Assembly (NCBI GenBank): GCA_018052705.1
Contig: JAGPMW010000003.1
Coordinates: forward strand, 31,451 to 95,450
Reading direction: 5' to 3'
Source: Selenomonas sp.
GTDB lineage: Bacteria; Bacillota; Negativicutes; Selenomonadales; Selenomonadaceae
Length of the DNA stretch: 64,000 nucleotides
Under the pieces are notes generated by a model. It had not been told where the DNA came from, ran no database searches, and was given only the letters and a program-made list of their open reading frames with translations. This document shows positions 17,628 through 25,420 of this stretch, piece after piece (the stretch's first letter is position 1; each line of letters starts with the position of its first letter). Position numbers and translations under genes: made by a program.

Positions 17628-17666
17628 TAGGCACAGGGTCCCCAGGCGGGATTCTGTGCCTATTTA
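17628..17666 (+). terminator. Terminator-like hairpin after the yhcH-like gene
   Basis: Stem taggcacag / ctgtgccta followed by tttat. The U-tract is weak. Confidence 0.5.
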
Positions 17667-17723
17667 TCTATATAAAAGCTTTATGTGTTTAAGATCTATT
17701 TCATTTGGAGGAAAAGAGCACTC

Positions 17724-20700
17724 ATGACTGTAAGAAGAATTTTCGTAGAAAAACGGCAGGGATTCTTTGATATCCCGGCTCAGCAGCTCTGTGACGACCT
17801 CAAGGAGACATTCCGGCTGGATGAGCTCAAAGCTGTCCGCATCATCACCCGGTATGACATCGAGGGACTCAGCGATGAGGAGTATGCTGCGGTCAAATCC
17901 GTCGTATTCTCCGAGCCGCCGGTTGATGTTGTATACGAGGAAAAGCTGCCGCATTTTGCGAATTCCCGCTTGTTCGCGGTGGAGTATCTGCCGGGGCAGT
18001 ATGATCAGACCGCAGATTCTGCAGCCCAGTGCGTACAGCTGGTCACGCAAAAGGATCGTCCGCAGATTGCGACGGCCCGTGTCATCGTCATTGTAGGCGA
18101 CGTTGACATGGATACGTTCAATAAGATCAAGGCGTACTGCATTAATGCTGTGGAAAGCCGCGAGGCATCACTGACGAAACCGGAAACGCTCGACATGGCT
18201 TATGAGGAGCCGGCGGATGTTGAAGTGCTGGAAACCTTCAATACGCTGGATGAAAGCGGCCTGCAGTCATTTATGGCTGACAAAGGCTTTGCGATGAGCT
18301 TCGAGGATCTGAAATTCTGTCAGCAGTATTTCCGTGACACCGAGCATCGTGCACCGACAATCACCGAGCTGCGCGTGATCGATACCTATTGGTCCGATCA
18401 TTGCCGCCATACGACCTTTACGACGGCCGTTGATATGGTCGATATCGCCGATGGTTATTTCTCCCCGGCTATTACGAAAGCCTATAACAAGTATCTGGAA
18501 GACCGCAAGTCAGTCTATGGCACGGAACTGCGTGACGTGACACTCATGGACATAGCTGTGATTGGAATGAAGACACTGCGCAAGCAGGGCCTGCTGGAGG
18601 ATCTGGATAAGTCTGAAGAGATCAATGCCTGCAGCATTGTTGTCAAGGCCGATGTGGACGGCAAGGATGAGGAATGGCTCGTGATGTTCAAGAACGAGAC
18701 GCATAACCATCCGACGGAGATTGAGCCTTTTGGCGGTGCAGCTACCTGTCTGGGCGGCGCAATCCGCGATCCGCTCTCTGGACGCTCCTATGTTTATCAG
18801 GCTATGCGCGTGACGGGAGCGGCTGATCCGCGCCGTCTGTTCAAGGATACACTGCCGGGCAAGCTGCCGCAGAAGAAGATCACGCTCGGGGCCGCTGCCG
18901 GTTATAGTTCCTACGGCAACCAGATCGGGCTGGCAACCGGCCAGGTCCGCGAGGTATATCATGATGGCTATATGGCCAAGCGCATGGAGATTGGAGCGGT
19001 TGTTGCAGCGGCACCGAAAGTCAATGTGGTCCGTGAGCGTCCGGCTGCGAATGATCTCATTGTGCTCGTCGGCGGCCGTACGGGGCGTGACGGTTGTGGT
19101 GGTGCAACTGGCTCGTCCAAGGAACATACCGAAGATTCGCTGAAAAGCTGCGGCGCTGAGGTCCAGAAGGGCAATCCGCCAACGGAACGCAAGATTCAGC
19201 GTCTGTTCCGCAATCCGGCCGTGAGCCATATGATCAAACGTTGCAATGACTTTGGCGCTGGCGGCGTGGCTGTAGCCATTGGTGAGCTGGCTGATGGTCT
19301 CATTATCGATCTGGATGCGGTTAAGAAAAAGTATGCGGGTCTCGATGGTACAGAGCTGGCTATTTCTGAATCGCAGGAGCGAATGGCCGTGGTTATCGAT
19401 CCGGATAATCTGGACGCGTTTGTTCAGTATGCGGACGAAGAAAATCTTGAGGCTACGCTGGTGGCCATCGTCACTGAGGAGCCGCGGCTGGTCATGAAAT
19501 GGCGTAATCAGCCAATCGTTCGCATGACGCGGGCTTTCCTGGATACCAATGGCGTGCGTCAGCATGTCACGGCTAAAATCAATATGCCGGATGAACAGCG
19601 GCGTTATCTCCATCAGGTGCCGGCAGCAGTAAAAGCCTGGGGCACGGATTTGGAAAAAGCCTGGGTAGAGAACCTCAAAAATCTCAATGTCTGCAGTCAG
19701 AAAGGGCTGGCAGAACGCTTCGATTCGACCATTGGCGGCAATTCGGTGCTCATGCCGTTTGGCGGCCGCAAGCAGTTAACGCCGGCCGAAGGAATGGTAG
19801 CCAAGCTGCCGGTGCAGGGGGCTGAGACCAATACGGCGACAGCCATGACCTTTGGTCTTGATCCTGCCTTCACAGAGTGGAGCCCATTCCATGGCGCTTT
19901 ATATGCAGTAGTCGAAGCGGCAGCCAAGATGGTTGCACTGGGCGGACGTGCCGACAAGATCCGGCTGACGTTCCAGGAGTATTTCGAGAGTTTGGGCAAA
20001 GATCCGGAAAAATGGGGGCAGCCGTTTGCCGCACTGATCGGTGCGCTCTGGGCGCAGCACGAGCTCGAAATCCCGGCAATTGGCGGCAAGGACTCGATGT
20101 CTGGTACGTTTGAGGATATTCATGTCCCGCCAACGCTGGCAGCATTCGCTGTCGATGTGATGAAGGCGGACCATGCGGTGTCGCCGGAGTTCAAATATGC
20201 TGGCAATAAGGTTTATCTCGTTCCGGCTCCTAAGGATGATCAGGATCTGCCGCAGTTTGCCAAGCTGCGTCGGAACTGGGCCAAGATCAGTGCCATGACG
20301 GCAGAAAAGAAAGTCTTTGCTGCACAGAGCGTTGGCGTGGGCGGCATTGCTGCTGCCGTCAGCAAGATGTGTCTGGGCAATGGGGTTGGGTTCAAGTTTA
20401 CCAACTTTGTGGCACAGAATGATCTTTTTGTTCCGGACTATGGCGCTATCATCATTGAAGCAGCCGAGGCCACGGATGTGGAGACGCTGCTGGCTGGTAC
20501 GGGCTACTGTGAGCTGGGCGTTACGACAGCAGGACCAAGCATTGTCTGCGGTTCGGCGGTCATTATGCTGGCTGACGCCGAAGAAGCCTATACGACGCCG
20601 CTGGAGAAGATTTTCCCGACCCAGGTCCGTCAGAGAAGTAAAGAGCGGGCGACCTATGTGCCTTATACGAAAGGCAGTACGCTCAAACGGGAAGTCCGTA

Positions 20701-21503
20701 TTGTCCGCCCGAAAGTATTTATCCCGGTATTTCCGGGGACTAACTGCGAGTATGATTCAGCCAGAGCCTGGGAGCGGGCTGGTGCTGAGGCACAAACGCT
20801 GGTCGTCCGCAATCTCACGGCAGCCGCAGTTGAGGAAACGGTTGAGTCTATCGTCAAGGGCATCCGGGAGTCGCAGATTGTGATGCTGCCAGGCGGCTTC
20901 AGCGGTGGTGATGAGCCGGATGGTTCCGGCAAGTTCATTGCGGCGATGTTCCGCAATCCGCGCATCAAAGAAGAGATCCGCCTGCTGCTGCAGAAACGAG
21001 ATGGTCTGATGCTGGGCATCTGCAATGGCTTCCAGGCACTCATCAAACTGGGGCTGGTTCCTTATGGCGATATCCGTGACCTGACGGACAGTTCACCGAC
21101 CCTTACGCATAATAACATTGGCCGCCATGTATCCTGTATGGTACAGACGAAAGTGGTGTCGAACTTGTCGCCATGGTTCAATAACGTCAAAGTCGGGGAT
21201 ATCCATACCATTGCGGTATCTCACGGCGAGGGCCGTTTTGTCGCCGATCAGGAAATCCTGGCTAAAATGAGAATTCGCGGTCAGATTGCCACGCAGTATG
21301 TAGATGAGCTTGGCGATCCGTCCATGGTTATCCCGTTCAATCCGAATGGTTCCGTCAATGCGGTTGAGGGGATTACAAGTCCGGATGGGCGCGTACTGGG
21401 CAAAATGGGACATTCCGAGCGTATTGGCGCGGATATTGCCAAGAACATAGCTGGTAATAAGGATCAGCAGCTATTTGAAGCCGGAGTTGCTTATTACAAA
21501 TGA
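17724..21503 (+). CDS. purL: Phosphoribosylformylglycinamidine (FGAM) synthase, single-chain large PurL
   Basis: ORF 17685..21503, start ATG 17724 (MTVRRIFVEK). About 1259 aa. It has PurL blocks (NHPTEIEPFGGAATCLGGAIRD, RMAVVI) and a C-terminal glutamine amidotransferase domain (GICNGFQAL, SHGEGRF). Confidence 0.9.
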   Translation: MTVRRIFVEKRQGFFDIPAQQLCDDLKETFRLDELKAVRIITRYDIEGLSDEEYAAVKSVVFSEPPVDVVYEEKLPHFANSRLFAVEYLPGQYDQTADSAAQCVQLVTQKDRPQIATARVIVIVGDVDMDTFNKIKAYCINAVESREASLTKPETLDMAYEEPADVEVLETFNTLDESGLQSFMADKGFAMSFEDLKFCQQYFRDTEHRAPTITELRVIDTYWSDHCRHTTFTTAVDMVDIADGYFSPAITKAYNKYLEDRKSVYGTELRDVTLMDIAVIGMKTLRKQGLLEDLDKSEEINACSIVVKADVDGKDEEWLVMFKNETHNHPTEIEPFGGAATCLGGAIRDPLSGRSYVYQAMRVTGAADPRRLFKDTLPGKLPQKKITLGAAAGYSSYGNQIGLATGQVREVYHDGYMAKRMEIGAVVAAAPKVNVVRERPAANDLIVLVGGRTGRDGCGGATGSSKEHTEDSLKSCGAEVQKGNPPTERKIQRLFRNPAVSHMIKRCNDFGAGGVAVAIGELADGLIIDLDAVKKKYAGLDGTELAISESQERMAVVIDPDNLDAFVQYADEENLEATLVAIVTEEPRLVMKWRNQPIVRMTRAFLDTNGVRQHVTAKINMPDEQRRYLHQVPAAVKAWGTDLEKAWVENLKNLNVCSQKGLAERFDSTIGGNSVLMPFGGRKQLTPAEGMVAKLPVQGAETNTATAMTFGLDPAFTEWSPFHGALYAVVEAAAKMVALGGRADKIRLTFQEYFESLGKDPEKWGQPFAALIGALWAQHELEIPAIGGKDSMSGTFEDIHVPPTLAAFAVDVMKADHAVSPEFKYAGNKVYLVPAPKDDQDLPQFAKLRRNWAKISAMTAEKKVFAAQSVGVGGIAAAVSKMCLGNGVGFKFTNFVAQNDLFVPDYGAIIIEAAEATDVETLLAGTGYCELGVTTAGPSIVCGSAVIMLADAEEAYTTPLEKIFPTQVRQRSKERATYVPYTKGSTLKREVRIVRPKVFIPVFPGTNCEYDSARAWERAGAEAQTLVVRNLTAAAVEETVESIVKGIRESQIVMLPGGFSGGDEPDGSGKFIAAMFRNPRIKEEIRLLLQKRDGLMLGICNGFQALIKLGLVPYGDIRDLTDSSPTLTHNNIGRHVSCMVQTKVVSNLSPWFNNVKVGDIHTIAVSHGEGRFVADQEILAKMRIRGQIATQYVDELGDPSMVIPFNPNGSVNAVEGITSPDGRVLGKMGHSERIGADIAKNIAGNKDQQLFEAGVAYYK

Positions 21504-21551
21504 TGCAGGCTGTCAGTCGTTGACAGATGTGATAAAATAAAGAAAACAAAT

Positions 21552-21585
21552 AACGAAGGCGGTCAGGGTACTGACCGCCTTCGTT
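21552..21585 (+). terminator. Terminator hairpin after purL
   Basis: 15-bp stem aacgaaggcggtcag / ctgaccgccttcgtt. Confidence 0.7.
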
Positions 21586-21601
21586 TAAGGAGGAATACCA
21601 G

Positions 21602-21985
21602 TTGGTAGGGATTGTAGTGGTTTCCCACAGCCAGAAATTGGCTGAGGGCGTTAAGGAACTGGCTGAAATGATGGCCCATAATGTACAGATTGCAGCTGCA
21701 GGCGGCCTGGACGAAGGGATACTCGGCACAAGTTATGAGAAGATCAGCCGTGCAGTAGAAGACGTTTGCGGAATGGATGGCGCGGTGGTACTGATGGATA
21801 TGGGCAGTGCTGTAATGACAACAGAACTGGTAGCAGAGAATCTTAAGGATGACGCAATCCGTCTGGTCGATTGTCCGGTAGCAGAGGGCGCTGTGCTGGC
21901 TGCTGTGGCTTCTGCTGGCGGCGCTTCTTTGGATGAAGTTGTCCGTCAGGCTGAGTCCGCCCGTGATCTGAAAAAACTGGGGTGA
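21602..21985 (+). CDS. dhaM: PTS-dependent dihydroxyacetone kinase phosphotransferase subunit DhaM (EIIA-Man-like single domain)
   Basis: ORF 21602..21985 (TTG start, AGGAGG 8 nt upstream). Contains VGIVVVSHSQKLAEGVKELAEMM and DMGSAVM, typical of the DhaM/EIIA-Man fold. No dhaK or dhaL is adjacent. Confidence 0.7.
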   Translation: MVGIVVVSHSQKLAEGVKELAEMMAHNVQIAAAGGLDEGILGTSYEKISRAVEDVCGMDGAVVLMDMGSAVMTTELVAENLKDDAIRLVDCPVAEGAVLAAVASAGGASLDEVVRQAESARDLKKLG

Positions 21986-22061
21986 CTCAGTTACAGTCTT
22001 TCCTTGACGGGTCAGTTATAATGAGAAGGTACGAGGAAAGAGCGTAAATATCATCGGGAGG

Positions 22062-22973
22062 ATGAGTGTCATAGAGTTCAAGGATTTGACCAAAGAAGAA
22101 AAGCCGTTGCTGGATCGATATTTTCACAGCCGCTGCTACGAGAATTCCCATTTCAATTTTACGAACCTGTTCATGTGGCGGGAGCCATATCAGGTGAAAT
22201 GGTGCGAGGAGGATCAGGTCCTTTATATGACCTGTGAATGGGCTGGAGAGCTTATGGCGATGCAGCCATTTGGCCCGGCGGAGAAGATGCAGGAAGCAGC
22301 GGGGAAACTGATCCAGTATTTTGCCGAACAGGCGCGGCCACTAGTATTCACTGGTCTGGAAAAAGGATTTGCAGACGTGCTTGCCTGTTACCCTGCGGCC
22401 GCGTTCACGATTGAGTCTGACCGGGATAATTTTGACTATGTCTATTTGGCAGAGCATCTGATCAGTCTGTCCGGTCGTAAACTGCATTCAAAGAAAAATC
22501 ATTTGAATGCCTTTCACAAGGCAAATCCGCAGGCCCAGTATCTGCCTATTACGGCCGATATAATTCCTGCCTGCCGGGCGGAACTTGAGAGCTGGTATGC
22601 GCTGCGTATTCAGGATGAACCGGATGATCCGTTTATTGGCTGGGAGCGTAAAGCCATTATGGAGATATTTGATGATTATTCCTATTTTGGGCTGCAGGGG
22701 GGCGCAATTCTGCTTGATGGGCGGATTATCGCTTTCACATTTGGTGAGCAGTTGAATGAGAATACAGCGGTTGTCCACGTAGAGAAGGCCGATCCCAATA
22801 TCCGTGGTGCGTATCCAGCTATTAATCAGGCGTATGTTTCCAGCTGCTGGCAAGACATGATGTATATCAATCGTGAAGAAGATATGGGACATGATGGACT
22901 GCGCAAGGCCAAGGAATCTTATAAACCGGAAAAGCTTATCGAGAAATTTAATGCGCAGTTGATAGAGTCATGA
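22062..22973 (+). CDS. DUF2156 domain protein (lysyl-phosphatidylglycerol synthase C-terminal-like)
   Basis: ORF 22062..22973. The N-terminal pattern SHFNFTNLFMWREPYQVKW and the LSGRKLHSKKNHLN block match DUF2156 as I remember it. Confidence 0.65.
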   Translation: MSVIEFKDLTKEEKPLLDRYFHSRCYENSHFNFTNLFMWREPYQVKWCEEDQVLYMTCEWAGELMAMQPFGPAEKMQEAAGKLIQYFAEQARPLVFTGLEKGFADVLACYPAAAFTIESDRDNFDYVYLAEHLISLSGRKLHSKKNHLNAFHKANPQAQYLPITADIIPACRAELESWYALRIQDEPDDPFIGWERKAIMEIFDDYSYFGLQGGAILLDGRIIAFTFGEQLNENTAVVHVEKADPNIRGAYPAINQAYVSSCWQDMMYINREEDMGHDGLRKAKESYKPEKLIEKFNAQLIES

Positions 22974-23015
22974 GAGACTGGATTTTCTGACAGAGAACAT
23001 CTTTTCTGAAATCGC

Positions 23016-23044
23016 TTGACAACTGTGTATAAAAGGCATATATT
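23016..23044 (+). promoter_or_regulatory. Near-consensus sigma-A promoter with no CDS behind it
   Basis: TTGACA (23016-23021), 17 nt spacer, TATATT (23039-23044). Confidence 0.5.
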
Positions 23045-23088
23045 GAATAGGAACTAATTTTTAGCTTTACTCATTTTTATGTATTTAG

Positions 23089-23121
23089 GCGGACCACAGG
23101 CAGTGGTTCGCTATTTTTTTT
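23089..23121 (+). terminator. Strong intrinsic terminator
   Basis: 9-bp stem gcggaccac / gtggttcgc, loop aggca, followed by taTTTTTTTT. Confidence 0.8.
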
Positions 23122-23267
23122 ACCATCGTGCGTAATTCATTGGATAGTTTGTCAGAATAATATTGCGAAAACAGATTATGTGGTATAAAATAAGAAAGTG
23201 AAGCATCGCATTAGCTGATGCTTTGTCTGTTTACTGTTATATTGTGCGTATTGAAGGAGTGGAGATC

Positions 23268-23654
23268 ATGGCAAAGAAGTTCTATATCTGCAAGACTTGT
23301 GGCAATATCGTGGGGCTCATCAAAGAGGGCGGCGGGCCATTGAACTGTTGTGGCACAGCGATGACAGAGCTGGTTCCGAACACGGTGGATGCGGCACAGG
23401 AAAAACATGTTCCCGTCGTAACATTCGATCGTCAGGGCAGTGAAGTAACAGTACAGGTCGGCTCGACTGCGCATCCGATGACGGAAGAGCATTTGATTGA
23501 GTGGATTCATCTGCAGACGAAACAGGGAGCACAGATGAAACAGCTGCATGCCGGAGATTCGCCAGAGGCAGTATTTAAACTGACGACTGATGATGAGCCA
23601 GTAGCGGTATATGCTTATTGCAATCTGCACGGACTTTGGATGACCGAGGTCTGA
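23268..23654 (+). CDS. dfx: Desulfoferrodoxin (2Fe superoxide reductase)
   Basis: ORF 23223..23654, start ATG 23268 after GAAGGAG. It has the N-terminal desulforedoxin Cys motif YICKTCGNIV...LNCCG and the SOR centre II ligands (HVP..., H...H, CNLHGLW). Confidence 0.85.
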   Translation: MAKKFYICKTCGNIVGLIKEGGGPLNCCGTAMTELVPNTVDAAQEKHVPVVTFDRQGSEVTVQVGSTAHPMTEEHLIEWIHLQTKQGAQMKQLHAGDSPEAVFKLTTDDEPVAVYAYCNLHGLWMTEV

Positions 23655-23665
23655 GAAGAAATACA

Positions 23666-23711
23666 TAAAAAAACGGGAATTGCCATTTTTGTTGGCAATT
23701 CCCGTTTTTTA
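23666..23711. terminator. Bidirectional terminator between convergent dfx and bioB
   Basis: 13-bp stem acgggaattgcca / tggcaattcccgt flanked by an A7 run and a T6 run. Confidence 0.85.
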
Positions 23712-23729
23712 TGTATTTTTCGTTTTAGT

Positions 23730-24734
23730 TCATGCATGAGATCCGCAGGTGCCCGTGCCTTCGGCATCCGGACTGTATTGGTTGGTAAGTCCGAGTTCTT
23801 TCAGCATGTCCATATCTTCTTTTATGGTAGTGCCGGAAGTGGTCAGCATATTGCCAGTGATCGAGGCGGAGGCACCAGCCCGGAAGGCGGTTGCACCATT
23901 CTGGGGCAGAATCTTGCGTCCGGCAGCAAGACGGATATTGGCTGCCGGGTTGATGAAGCGGAAGATGGCAATGGTACGGAGTACGTCATCGGCCGGCAGC
24001 TGTGGGCGCCCTTCCATACCGGTGCCAGGAATGGCCATAAGCGTGTTGATGGGAATCGATTCGATACCGAGCTCCTGCAGGCTCAGGGCCATATCGAGCC
24101 GGTCGTCCCAGGTCTCGCCCATGCCGATGATGCCGCCGGAGCAGACACAGAAGCCCTCGGCCTGAGCCAGCTTGATGGTACGGATACGATCTTCATAGGT
24201 ATGCGAGGTACAAATCTGTGGGAAGAAACGCCGGGAGGTTTCGATGTTGTGATGATAGCTGGTGACGCCGGCGGCAAATAGACGGTGCAGCTGTTCGCGG
24301 CTCAGGAGCCCATGGGAGGCGCAGAGGCCGATGGTCAGGTTTTCTTTCATTTCCTGATAGGCAGCAATGGCTTTGTCGAAGTCTTTGCCGGTCAGGGCGC
24401 GTCCAGAGGTGACGATGGCGAAGCGGTTGGCACCGGCATCCTGATTCGCTTTAGCATTGCGGATGATTTCTTCTTTGGGGAGGAAGTCATATTCGTCGAC
24501 GTCGGTATGGTGGCAGGCGGCCTGCGCGCAGTATTTGCAGTTTTCACCGCAGCGGCCGCTGCGTCCGTTGAGGATGGTGCAGAAGTCGATATGCCTGCCA
24601 CAGAAGTGGTCCTGCAGACGCAGAGCGCCTGCCTGCAGTTCGGCAAGTGGTGCCGTGAGAAAGAAGGAGAGGTCATCACCGCGTTTGATGCGGCGGCCGG
24701 CAATGATCTGGTCGGTAAGTTTAGCGATATTCAT
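23730..24734 (-). CDS. bioB: Biotin synthase BioB (radical SAM)
   Basis: ORF 23730..24734. Radical-SAM motif CGENCKYCAQ and BioB blocks (GANRFAIVTSGR, YHHNIETS, CSGGIIGMGET). Confidence 0.9.
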   Translation of the reverse strand: MNIAKLTDQIIAGRRIKRGDDLSFFLTAPLAELQAGALRLQDHFCGRHIDFCTILNGRSGRCGENCKYCAQAACHHTDVDEYDFLPKEEIIRNAKANQDAGANRFAIVTSGRALTGKDFDKAIAAYQEMKENLTIGLCASHGLLSREQLHRLFAAGVTSYHHNIETSRRFFPQICTSHTYEDRIRTIKLAQAEGFCVCSGGIIGMGETWDDRLDMALSLQELGIESIPINTLMAIPGTGMEGRPQLPADDVLRTIAIFRFINPAANIRLAAGRKILPQNGATAFRAGASASITGNMLTTSGTTIKEDMDMLKELGLTNQYSPDAEGTGTCGSHA

Positions 24735-24772
24735 GAGAAAACCTCGTTTCTGATCAAGAGTGAATTTTACAT

Positions 24773-24808
24773 TGTTAACATTATATAACGATAGAAGTTT
24801 ACGGTCAA
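24773..24808 (-). promoter_or_regulatory. bioB promoter with a possible BirA operator
   Basis: Minus strand TTGACC (plus 24803-24808), 17 nt spacer, TATAAT (plus 24780-24785). The imperfect inverted repeat TGTTAAC-N16-GTTTAC spans the promoter and resembles the TGTAAAC...GTTTACA bio operators. The half-sites are imperfect. Confidence 0.45.
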
Positions 24809-24887
24809 CTTAATATGATTAGTATAGTTTACTATGGAAATTTGCACCAAGGATAAGTTCGAAGAACGAGCAACAATCCTGAATAAG

Positions 24888-25248
24888 GGAGCACAGCGGT
24901 CTTGAAAATTAGACCGCCGCGGAGCCAGCGGACAGTCAACGCTCCACCTGGATGTTCTGCTAAAGAATTTTTTTGCCTTTAATTAAGCATTCCAAAAGGA
25001 GCTAAACGCACTTTGTTTGGACGGACGCTCTTTTGAAACGATCGGTAGTAGGCAAAAAAATTCTTCTTCACGCAGAACATCAAAGCTCCACTTATGACTG
25101 TCCGCTGCCTCTGCGGCTGGGCTTGATGCGTTCAGGGGCTGTTGTCTAAATTAACCATATCGCTGGTTCGTTCATGGAAGTTAAAAGCAGGCAAATTTGT
25201 TCGAATCGAATCCAGACCTGCCAGCAGAAATCAAATTTTACAGGAGCC
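24888..25248 (+). repeat. Copy 1 of an unclassified conserved intergenic element (long bubble-containing hairpin 24911-25123 plus a conserved tail)
   Basis: It aligns along its length with 33410-33794 in the same orientation. The inverted-repeat arms are agaccgccgcggagccagcggacagtc...agaatttttttgcc and ggcaaaaaaattct...gactgtccgctgcctctgcggctgggct. No coding potential is conserved. Confidence 0.8.
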
Positions 25249-25420
25249 TTAACCAATTACCGAGCCCCGTGCTGAGCTTTGACCTACTCGCACCCTGTTC
25301 CTGATTTCTGCAGATAGTCCTTCAGATTCACGTTTATATTGGTGTGTAAATAGAACCAATGGGAATTTCGTGATATAATACTAGACGATATTTTGTTTTT
25401 TATTAGAAAGGGATTAGATA

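Noticed and set aside
17637-17653. CCGCCTGGG-like string (minus strand) reminiscent of the ZTP riboswitch 3' module upstream of purL
   Set aside because: It is only the loop of the yhcH terminator hairpin, it is on the wrong strand, and the 5' ZTP sub-domain is absent.
18510-19613. 367-aa minus-strand ORF inside purL, and similar ORFs (53175..54350 opposite uvrB, 33927..34970 opposite phoH, 35494..36306 opposite era, 36919..37686 opposite recO)
   Set aside because: All are antisense to genes with clear conserved motifs. They show the typical composition of shadow frames.
23155-23170. AATAATATT palindrome upstream of dfx as a PerR/Fur-type box
   Set aside because: It is too short and too degenerate compared with the 7-1-7 TTATAAT-N-ATTATAA type operator to support a call.
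25013-25094. Micro-ORFs downstream of the SD-like AAAAGGAGC inside the repeat element (7 or 26 codons in copy 1, 17 codons in copy 2)
   Set aside because: The first TTG is not conserved in copy 2. The second TTG is 15 nt from the SD, and the frames end at different places. Two of the four differences are synonymous, but the sample is too small. An RNA or DNA structure explains the conservation better.
24911-25123. Assigning the hairpin outright as 6S RNA
   Set aside because: Only the gross architecture (closing stem, bubble, internal stem) is similar. The ~70-nt apical domain, the conserved 125-nt tail, the two near-identical copies and the lack of clear promoter and terminator do not fit. 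I keep it as one hypothesis in the findings.
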